64,000 nucleotides of DNA. It comes from an uncultured Bacteroidales bacterium. GTDB lineage: Bacteria > Bacteroidota > Bacteroidia > Bacteroidales > Bacteroidaceae. Below are positions 29,961-39,800 of this stretch, piece by piece (the stretch's first letter is position 1; each line of letters starts with the position of its first letter). The notes under the pieces were generated by a model. That model was not told the origin of the DNA and did no database searches. It saw only the letters and a program-made list of their open reading frames with translations. Position numbers and translations under genes: made by a program. The stretch covers positions 6,431 through 70,430 of the forward strand of contig CADCGD010000005.1 in NCBI GenBank assembly GCA_902800925.1. Reading direction: 5' to 3'.

Positions 29961-30014
29961 ATGAAACAGTCAATGAACAATACATATTGGTGGCGCATCT
30001 CGAGATTCAACTAG
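29961..30014 (+). CDS. trpL: trp operon leader peptide MKQSMNNTYWWRISRFN
   Basis: 17-codon ORF with tandem TGG TGG, between the promoter (29904-29935) and the attenuator hairpin. Confidence 0.85.
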   Translation: MKQSMNNTYWWRISRFN

Positions 30015-30056
30015 TCGCGAGGTACGTAGCCGTATGGTATAGTTCGTAGAAGATAC

Positions 30057-30091
30057 AAAGAGGCTCGTCGTTAACGCGACGGGCCTCTTTT
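30057..30091 (+). terminator. trp attenuator terminator
   Basis: aaagaggctcgtcg...cgacgggcctctttt hairpin plus U tract upstream of trpB. Confidence 0.85.
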
Positions 30092-30150
30092 CTGTTTCGC
30101 AAGGCAACAAAGACACAAAATATAGCAAACCAACAAAAGACAACAAATAT

Positions 30151-31353
<1,203 letters not shown>

Positions 31354-31390
31354 TTGAGAATTGAGAATTGAAAATTGAGAATTGGGAATT

Positions 31391-32803
31391 ATGACTACCT
31401 ATAAATTTCAAACAACTTCCAAGACCATTCTCGCCGACCTGTATACCCCAGTAGGCGTGTATATGAGATTGCGCGACCTGTATCCACAGAGTGCGCTGAT
31501 GGAGAGTTCTGACTACCATGATGCTAACAACTCGCACTCGTTCATTGGCATCAATCCCATCGCCAGCGTGGCTATCGGACATGGCATCGTGACCATCAGT
31601 TTCCCCGATGGCACCACCGAGCGTAAGCCCTTAAGTAAGGACTTCGGTTCAGCTGAAGCTATCCACGCCCTCATCGACCGCATCGAGGTCACGGGCGACG
31701 ATGCTGCAGTTTGCGGACTCTTCGGCTATACCTCGTTCAATGCTGTGCGCTATTTCGAGAATATCAATGTCAAGGATGAGACACAGGAGAAGAACGATGC
31801 CCCCGACGTGCTCTATATATTATATAAGGTGGTCATCGTCTTTGACCATCATAACAACACGTTGAAAATAGTAAGCTTAGCCCCCTCCAACCTCCCCCAA
31901 GAGGGTGAGGCTAATATCGAGGCAGCCATCAAGGCCATGAACAAGGCAAACGTGAAGGCTTACGACTTCCACCCTGTGGGTGATGTCCGTTCTACGCTGA
32001 CCGACGACGAGCACAGAGAGAATATCCGTCGAGGGATTGCCCACTGTCTGCGTGGCGACGTGTTCCAGATAGTACTCTCGCGTCGTTTCATCCAGCAATA
32101 TGAGGGTGACGACTTTAAGCTCTACCGTGCTCTGCGTAGCATCAACCCCTCACCCTACCTGTTCTACTTCGACTTCGGCGGCTTCCGCATCTTCGGCTCA
32201 AGTCCTGAGACCCACTGTCGCATCGAAGGTCGCAAGGCCTATATAGATCCCATTGCCGGAACCACCAAGCGTACTGGCGACGCAGAAGCCGACCGTAGGG
32301 GTGCCGAGTATCTGCGCAACGACCCCAAGGAGAATGCAGAGCACGTAATGCTCGTAGACCTCGCTCGTAATGACCTGAGCCGTAACTGTCACGGTGTGAA
32401 GGTAGACTTTTACAAAGACCTGCAGTACTACAGTCACGTTATCCACCTCGTCTCTCGCGTCAGTGGCGAGCTTGACAACGGTGCCGACCCCATCAAGGCC
32501 TTTATCGACACGTTCCCTGCTGGCACACTAAGTGGTGCACCTAAGGTTCGCGCCATGCAGCTCATCAGCGAGTACGAGCCACACAACCGCGGTGCCTATG
32601 GTGGTTGTATCGGTATCATCGGTCTTGACGGTTCGCTGAACCAAGCCATCACCATCCGCACCTTCGTCTCTCGCAATGGCGAATTGTGGTTCCAGGCAGG
32701 CGGTGGCATCGTAGCCAAGAGCGACGTGGAGTATGAGTTACAGGAAGTAAACAACAAACTGGGTGCCTTACGTAAGGCCATCGAAAAAGCTGAAGCATTA
32801 TGA
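31391..32803 (+). CDS. trpE: Anthranilate synthase component I
   Basis: GDVFQIVLS, NPSPY, PIAGT, AEHVMLVDLARND, AGTLSGAPK; ATG 31391. Confidence 0.96.
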   Translation: MTTYKFQTTSKTILADLYTPVGVYMRLRDLYPQSALMESSDYHDANNSHSFIGINPIASVAIGHGIVTISFPDGTTERKPLSKDFGSAEAIHALIDRIEVTGDDAAVCGLFGYTSFNAVRYFENINVKDETQEKNDAPDVLYILYKVVIVFDHHNNTLKIVSLAPSNLPQEGEANIEAAIKAMNKANVKAYDFHPVGDVRSTLTDDEHRENIRRGIAHCLRGDVFQIVLSRRFIQQYEGDDFKLYRALRSINPSPYLFYFDFGGFRIFGSSPETHCRIEGRKAYIDPIAGTTKRTGDAEADRRGAEYLRNDPKENAEHVMLVDLARNDLSRNCHGVKVDFYKDLQYYSHVIHLVSRVSGELDNGADPIKAFIDTFPAGTLSGAPKVRAMQLISEYEPHNRGAYGGCIGIIGLDGSLNQAITIRTFVSRNGELWFQAGGGIVAKSDVEYELQEVNNKLGALRKAIEKAEAL

Positions 32804-33363
32804 AAATAGTCATCATCGATAATTACGACTCGTTCACCTATAATCTGAGTCATCTGGTCAAGGAACTAGGTGCGGAAGTCACCGTGCTGCGCAATGACCA
32901 GTTCGAACTACCGCAGTTAGAGGAATTCAGCAAGATCATCCTCTCGCCAGGTCCTGGTATTCCCTCTGAGGCTGGTCTGTTGCTCGATGTCATCAAGACC
33001 TACGCTGGCAAGAAGCCCATCCTGGGTGTCTGCCTGGGTCATCAGGCCATCGGCGAGGCCTTTGGTGGCAAGCTTGAAAACCTGAGTGATGTTTTCCACG
33101 GTGTGGCAACGCCCTGTCATCTTACCAGTGACGACGCGCTTTTCACTGGCATCTCCAAAGAGTTCACCATCGGTCGTTACCATTCGTGGGTAGTATCTAA
33201 AGACGGATTCCCCGACTGTCTTGAAATCACCGCAGAGAGTGACGAAGGTCAGATTATGGCACTGAAGCACAAGACGCTCAACATTCGTGGTATCCAGTTC
33301 CACCCAGAGAGCGTGCTGACCCCCGACGGCAAGAAGATGCTGCAAAACTGGATGTTCTTATGA
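32800..33363 (+). CDS. trpG: Anthranilate synthase component II
   Basis: IDNYDSFT, SPGPG, GVCLGHQ, RYHS, QFHPES. Confidence 0.96.
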   Translation: MKIVIIDNYDSFTYNLSHLVKELGAEVTVLRNDQFELPQLEEFSKIILSPGPGIPSEAGLLLDVIKTYAGKKPILGVCLGHQAIGEAFGGKLENLSDVFHGVATPCHLTSDDALFTGISKEFTIGRYHSWVVSKDGFPDCLEITAESDEGQIMALKHKTLNIRGIQFHPESVLTPDGKKMLQNWMFL

Positions 33364-33418
33364 CCCCTCGAAACATCGGAACATCGAAATATCGAAACAT
33401 CAAAAAAAACAATAAATC

Positions 33419-34429
33419 ATGGCACAAACAATGAAAGACATCCTGAACAGGATGCTAAACCACGAGGAACTGTCTCGTGAAGAAATGAAGAATATTCTGA
33501 TTGGTATCACTCAGAGTGAGTTTCCTACAGAGCAGATTACCGCCTTGCTGACGGCACTACAGATGCGTGGTGTAACAGTTGACGAACTGCTGGGCTTCCG
33601 CGATGGCATTCTGGAGACGGGTGTTCCCGCCATCCTCAATGCCGACCGCTACATTGACGTGGTAGGTACTGGTGGCGACCGCAAGAACACCTTCAACATC
33701 TCTACCACCAGCTGTTTTGTGATTGCCGGTGCAGGCTACAAGGTCGCCAAGCACGGTAACTACGCAGCCACCTCTGTTTCTGGCGCTTCAAACGTCATTG
33801 CTCATCATGGCATCAAATTTACCGATGACATCGACAAGTTGAACCGTTCGCTCAACGAGGCAGGCATCGTCTATCTCCATGCCCAACTCTTTGCCAAGGC
33901 CATGAAGTTCGTTGGTCCTATCCGTAAGGCATTGCAGTTCCCCACCATTTTCAACCTGCTGGGACCGCTGGTGAATCCCTCTCAGCCCCAGTGTCAGCTG
34001 CTGGGCGTAGCTAACCTCGACCAGATGCGCCTCTACAATCAGGTATATCAGAAGATTGGTATCGATTACGGTATCGTTAATTCTATCGACGGCTACGACG
34101 AGATTTCACTCACTGGCGATTTCAAGGTGACTACCAAGCAGTACGAGCGCATTTTCAAACCACAGGATCTGGGATTCGAGATTGCCAAACCCGAAGAGCT
34201 TGTGGGTGGCGCTACTGAGGAAGAGGCTGCAGCCATCTTCGACTCTGTACTCGAGAACCGTGCACTGCCTGCTCAGAAGAATATCGTGCTGGCTAACGCA
34301 GCCTTCGGTATTCAGGTATTGGAGAAGGGTGAGAAGAGCATAGAAGAGTGCATCGCCATTGCCCGTGAGTCTATCGACAGCGGTAGTGCGCTGCGCACCT
34401 TCAAGAAGTTTGTAGAGCTGAACAGCTAA
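33419..34429 (+). CDS. trpD: Anthranilate phosphoribosyltransferase
   Basis: DVVGTGGD, NIST, KHGN, FNLLGPL.NP, DGYDE. Confidence 0.97.
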   Translation: MAQTMKDILNRMLNHEELSREEMKNILIGITQSEFPTEQITALLTALQMRGVTVDELLGFRDGILETGVPAILNADRYIDVVGTGGDRKNTFNISTTSCFVIAGAGYKVAKHGNYAATSVSGASNVIAHHGIKFTDDIDKLNRSLNEAGIVYLHAQLFAKAMKFVGPIRKALQFPTIFNLLGPLVNPSQPQCQLLGVANLDQMRLYNQVYQKIGIDYGIVNSIDGYDEISLTGDFKVTTKQYERIFKPQDLGFEIAKPEELVGGATEEEAAAIFDSVLENRALPAQKNIVLANAAFGIQVLEKGEKSIEECIAIARESIDSGSALRTFKKFVELNS

Positions 34430-34472
34430 CCGAAGCATCGAAATATCGAAACATCGAAATATCGAAGAAACA

Positions 34473-35264
34473 ATGGATATCCTCGAAGAAATAGTAGCCC
34501 ACAAGCGCGTAGAGGTAGAGCGCTTCAAGGCGGAACTCAGCGAACGCGAGATACACCGTCGTGTAGAACCACTGTTCGACTTCAGCGTCGCCTCCATGTC
34601 GCAGGCGCTAACCAATTCCGACTCAGGCATCATCGCTGAGTTCAAGCGCAAGTCACCGTCAAAAGGGTGGATTAAGGAAGACGGGCGTGCCGACATCATT
34701 CCGCTGAGCTATCAGCAGAACGGAGCCTCAGCCTTGAGCATCTTGGCTGACGAGAAATATTTCGGTGGCAGTGATGAGTTTATCAAGATGGCCCGCCATA
34801 GTGGTGTCAACATCCCCATCCTCTACAAGAACTTCGTCATCGACGAGTACCAGCTGTTCCAGGCCCGCCTGTGTGGTGCCTCCGCCGTGTTGCTCATTGC
34901 TGCCGACCTTAGTGTGCAGCAGTGTTCTGCACTGCTGAAGACAGCGCATGAACTCGGCCTCGAGGTACTGCTGGAGATGCATTCAGAGCCAGAACTGGAA
35001 TATGCCGCCTTAGAGCCAGACATGTGTGGCATCAACAACCGCAACCTCGGTTCGTTCGTCACCGATGTCGACAACTCCTTCCGCTTGGCTGAGCTCCTGC
35101 CCAAGGATGCCGTGAAGGTCAGCGAGAGTGGTATCTCCAATCCTGATACCGTCCGTGCGCTGCGCCAGGCTGGCTTCCGTGGTTTCCTCATTGGCGAGAA
35201 CTTCATGAAGACTGCCAACCCTGGTCTGGCCCTCCGCGACTTCATCACCCAGTTAACCCATTAG
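34473..35264 (+). CDS. trpC: Indole-3-glycerol phosphate synthase
   Basis: IAEFKRKSPSKG, GINNRNL, SESGI, FLIGE. Confidence 0.97.
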   Translation: MDILEEIVAHKRVEVERFKAELSEREIHRRVEPLFDFSVASMSQALTNSDSGIIAEFKRKSPSKGWIKEDGRADIIPLSYQQNGASALSILADEKYFGGSDEFIKMARHSGVNIPILYKNFVIDEYQLFQARLCGASAVLLIAADLSVQQCSALLKTAHELGLEVLLEMHSEPELEYAALEPDMCGINNRNLGSFVTDVDNSFRLAELLPKDAVKVSESGISNPDTVRALRQAGFRGFLIGENFMKTANPGLALRDFITQLTH

Positions 35265-35268
35265 TCCC

Positions 35269-35925
35269 ATGAGCCCTATGAGACCCATTATAAAGGTTTG
35301 TGGCATGCGTGATACGGAGAACATCCGTGCGGTCGACGGTTTGCCCGTCGACCTGATGGGGTTCATCTTCTGGCCAAAGTCCAGTCGCTACGTCAGCGAG
35401 CGTCCCAGCTATCTGCCAACGAAATGCAAGCGCGTCGGAGTGTTTGTCGATGCCACTATTGACGATATTAAACAGAAGATAGAGGAATACCGTCTGGACT
35501 TTGTCCAGCTGCACGGCCACGAGAGCCCCGACTACATTCGCGCTCTGCGAGTGGTCGACGGTTTCCCCGTCGACGTCCACCTCATCAAGGCCATCAGCGT
35601 GAGCGGTCGCGACGACATCGCCACATACAAGGACTACGAGGGGCTTGTGGATTACTTCCTCTTCGATACTAAGTGCCCGTCGGTAGGTGGTAGCGGCCTG
35701 CAGTTCGACTGGAGCGTCCTCTCCGCCTACGATGGCAACACACCCTTCCTGCTCAGCGGTGGCATTGGTCCCGACGACGCGGAACGCCTCCATGCCTTGC
35801 GCTTGCTCGACGGTTTCCCCATGGAGAAATGCGCAGGCATCGACCTCAACTCCCGTTTCGAGGTTGCTCCAGCTCTGAAGGATGTTGATGTCCTTCAAAA
35901 ATTCCTCAAGGAATTTAATAGTTAA
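35269..35925 (+). CDS. trpF: Phosphoribosylanthranilate isomerase
   Basis: IKVCG, GFIF, VGVFV, VQLHG.ES, LFDT, LSGGI, DLNSRFE. Confidence 0.95.
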   Translation: MSPMRPIIKVCGMRDTENIRAVDGLPVDLMGFIFWPKSSRYVSERPSYLPTKCKRVGVFVDATIDDIKQKIEEYRLDFVQLHGHESPDYIRALRVVDGFPVDVHLIKAISVSGRDDIATYKDYEGLVDYFLFDTKCPSVGGSGLQFDWSVLSAYDGNTPFLLSGGIGPDDAERLHALRLLDGFPMEKCAGIDLNSRFEVAPALKDVDVLQKFLKEFNS

Positions 35926-35966
35926 ACAAATGGTAAATTGCAAATCGTCAAATTGTAAATAATATT

Positions 35967-36743
35967 ATGAACAAGATTAATTCCCTTTTCGCAAACAGTA
36001 AGGACAAAAAGCTCCTTTCATTATACTTCTGCGCAGGAGCCCCTACCCTTGACAGTACTGCCGACACCATCCTGACCATGCAGGCTAAAGGCATCAGCAT
36101 GATAGAAGTCGGTATACCTTTCAGCGACCCTATGGCCGACGGTCCCGTCATTCAGGAAGCAGCCACCACAGCCCTGAAGAATGGCATGAGTCTGCGACTG
36201 CTCTTCGAACAGCTGAAAGCTATCAAGGAGCAGGTCAGCATTCCCTTGGTGCTGATGGGTTATCTCAATCCCATCATGCAGTACGGCATTGAGCAGTTCT
36301 GCCAGTCGTGTGTAGACAGTGGTGTCAGTGGCGTCATCATTCCCGACCTGCCCTTCGACGACTACTTGGAGAGCGTCAAGCCCGCAGCCGACAAGTATGA
36401 CATTCGCATCATCATGCTCATCACACCAGAGACCAGCGAGGAGCGCATCCGCTTCATCGACGAGCACACCGACGGCTTCATCTACATGGTGAGCAGTGCC
36501 GCTACGACAGGTGCCCAGCAGTCGTTCGATGAACAGAAGCAGCAGTACTTCCGTCGCATCAATGCCATGAACCTGCGCAATCCACGCATGATTGGCTTTG
36601 GCATCTCCAACAAGCAGACGTTGGAGTCTGCCCAACAGAATGCCGCAGGTGCCATCATCGGTTCGAAGTTTGTGCAACTGTTACAGGCCCACGGCAATGC
36701 CGCTGCAGCCCTCGATGCCCTCTTCGAGGCACTGGCTCACTAA
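35967..36743 (+). CDS. trpA: Tryptophan synthase alpha chain
   Basis: EVGIPFSDPMADGPVIQ, MGYLNP, IPDLP, GFGIS, IIGS. Confidence 0.97.
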   Translation: MNKINSLFANSKDKKLLSLYFCAGAPTLDSTADTILTMQAKGISMIEVGIPFSDPMADGPVIQEAATTALKNGMSLRLLFEQLKAIKEQVSIPLVLMGYLNPIMQYGIEQFCQSCVDSGVSGVIIPDLPFDDYLESVKPAADKYDIRIIMLITPETSEERIRFIDEHTDGFIYMVSSAATTGAQQSFDEQKQQYFRRINAMNLRNPRMIGFGISNKQTLESAQQNAAGAIIGSKFVQLLQAHGNAAAALDALFEALAH

Positions 36744-36837
36744 AACGATTACGTGATAAAAATACTTAATTAGTTCGTGGTTTCGTGCTTTTTCCGTATC
36801 TTTGCACAAAACTACGGACTAATTCTTTTTTTTACAC

Positions 36838-39800
36838 ATGAAAAAACTACTTAACGTGACGCTACTTCTCTGTCTGTTTTTCCCCCTTCTGGCTGTTGCC
36901 CAGGGATGGAATGAGCAGCAGTATCGTGAGATTGAGCAGAGTATCCGCATGCCACAGTTTGCAGCGAAAGACTATGTAATCACAAAATTTGGTGCTAAGT
37001 CTACAAATACAGCCGCAAAGAACCAGAAGGCCATTCAAAAAGCCATCGACAAATGTTCGAAGAAAGGTGGCGGTCGCGTCATTGTACCTGCAGGACAGAA
37101 GTTCCTGACAGCTGCCATTCAGTTGAAATCAGGCGTTAATCTAGTGGTAGAGGAAGGTGCCGTTCTGGAGTTCGCTTTTGAACCAGAACTCTATCCTATC
37201 GTCCCAACACGCTGGGAAGGTCTGGACTGCTGGAACCTCTCACCACTGATCTATGCCTATCAGGCAAAGGACATCGCTATTACCGGCAAGGGCACTATCG
37301 ATGGTGGCGGGAGCAACGAAACATGGTGGCCTTGGTGCGGCAGCAAGAAGTTTGGCATGAAAGAAGGTGGCATTGCCCAAAACATGGGTGCCCGTGCCCG
37401 CCTGCTGAAATATGCCGAGGATGGTGTTCCCATGGACGAGCGTAAGTTTGGTCCTACAGACGGACTGCGCCCACAAATGATCAATTTCAACCAATGCGAA
37501 GGCATTCTGATTGAAGACATCACCCTGTTGCGTTCACCATTCTGGGTGATTCATCCCTTGCTGTCAACAGATATCACCGTACGTGGTGTACACATCAATA
37601 ATGACGGTCCTAACGGTGACGGCTGCGACCCAGAGGCGTGTGACCGTGTGCTCATCGAGAATTGTTACTTCAATACCGGCGACGATTGTATCGCTATCAA
37701 GAGCGGACGTAACAACGACGGTCGTGAGGGCGGTCAGGGCAAGTTTGCCGGACGTCCTTCAAAGAACATCATCATCCGTGACTGTAAGTTCAACAACGGC
37801 CATGGTGGCGTCGTTATCGGATCTGAGATTTCCGGTGGTTGCCAGAATGTCTTTGCCGAGAACTGCGAGATGGACTCTCCCAGCCTGGACCGTGTGCTGC
37901 GCATCAAGACCAACTCTTGTCGTGGCGGCATCATTGAGAATATCAACATGCGCAACGTCACCGTTGGCCAATGTGGTGAAGCCGTCCTCAAACTCAACAC
38001 CGACTATGAACCCCGTGAGGTATGCTGTCGTGGATTCTACCCCACTATCCGCAACGTCACCATGGAGAATGTTACCTGCCAGAAGTCGAAATACGGCGTG
38101 ATGATTGTTGGCTATCAGGATCCAACACTGGCCTACACCATCAACAATATCACCGTAAAGAACTGTCATTTTAATGGTGTCTATAACAAGCCTATCCATC
38201 AGATTGGTTTAGCTCAAGACATCACCTACGATAACCTGTTTATCAATGGCTCACTTGTCCTGCAGAATCCCCCTTACAAGCATTACTCCGAGTGGCTCAC
38301 CTATTCAGAAATGAAGCGTGTACCAGAGAGTTATATGCTCGACTTTGCCACGAAGCCCAAGTGGAGCTATGTGATGGGTATTGAATTGGAAGGTATGCTC
38401 GACACCTATCTGCGCTATGGTGGTGAGGACATCCGCAAGTATTGCCAGATGTATACCGACAAGATGATTGACGAGAAAGGAAACATCACCGGCTATGACA
38501 TTCTTGACTATAACCTCGACAACATCCGTACTGGTCATTTTGTGACGCGTATGTACCAGAAATGGCCAGAGGCCAAGAACTTGTTGGCCATGCAGACGAT
38601 GATGAAGCAGCTGAAAGACCAGCCGCGTACCATTGCCGACAAGGTATTCTGGCACAAGGCCATCTACGCCTATCAGGTATGGCTCGATGGCATCTTCATG
38701 GGGCTGCCTTTCCGTTGCCTGACTGCGCCGATTGTGGAAGCTGCCGACAATGCAAAGGTCAAAGGGAAGAAGAAATCTCTCACCTCTAACCCCTTACCCC
38801 TCACCTCTAAAATATACGACGATGCTGTCAACCAACTGAAGATTACCTATGAACGCACTCTTGACCCCAAGACAGGTCTGAACCGCCATGCCTACGACGA
38901 GACACGCAAGACTTTCTGGGCAGACAAGGAGACTGGTTTGTCACAGCATTGCTGGGGACGTGCCCAAGGTTGGTACTCGATGGCCCTCATTGAGGTACTT
39001 GACGCCCTGCCCGATGACTATGCCCGCAAACAGGAGGTCATAGAACTCTTGAAGAAGGACCTTGATGCCGTTATCAAGTGGCAAGACAAGAAGACCGGTG
39101 TATGGTATCAAGTAATGGACTCTCCTGGACGCGAAGGCAACTACCTGGAGTCGACATGCTCAGCTATGTTTACCTATGTATTGCTGAAGGCCTATCGCAA
39201 GGGCTACGTAGGCGACAAGTATCGTGATGCTGGCATCAAGGCCTATAAAGGAATGATTCAGAACTTTATCAAGGTGAATGCCGATAAGACCATCTCGCTG
39301 ACCAACTGTTGCAGTGTGGCGGGTCTTGGTCCAGCAGCCACACCCGAGGTGGAAGCAGCCCTGAAGATGGTGAACCCCAAGGGTACTGTCAAGGAGAACA
39401 AACGACGTGATGGTAGCTTCAACTACTATCTGAGCGAAGAAATCAGAGACAACGATGCCAAGGGCATCGGACCGTTTATCTGGGCTTCGTTAGAGATGGA
39501 GATGCTCGGATACACCACAGAAAACATAACAGCCTCGATTGATCGCGAGGCTGTTCTTTTTCGCAACAACCCCATCATTACTGAGGCCGACCCCTTGGCC
39601 TCTCTTTCTGTCGGCAACGGACGTTTTGCCACCACCGTTGATGTCACGGGCATGCAGACCTACCTCGATGACTATAAGAACGGTATTCCTCTTACAGCCA
39701 TGTGCGACCTGATTTGGCACTCGTTTCCCAATACCCAGGGACTGAAGCCCGCCGACAGCGAGAAAAGTTTTGACCTTGGACATGGTCATCCAGAGGTATA

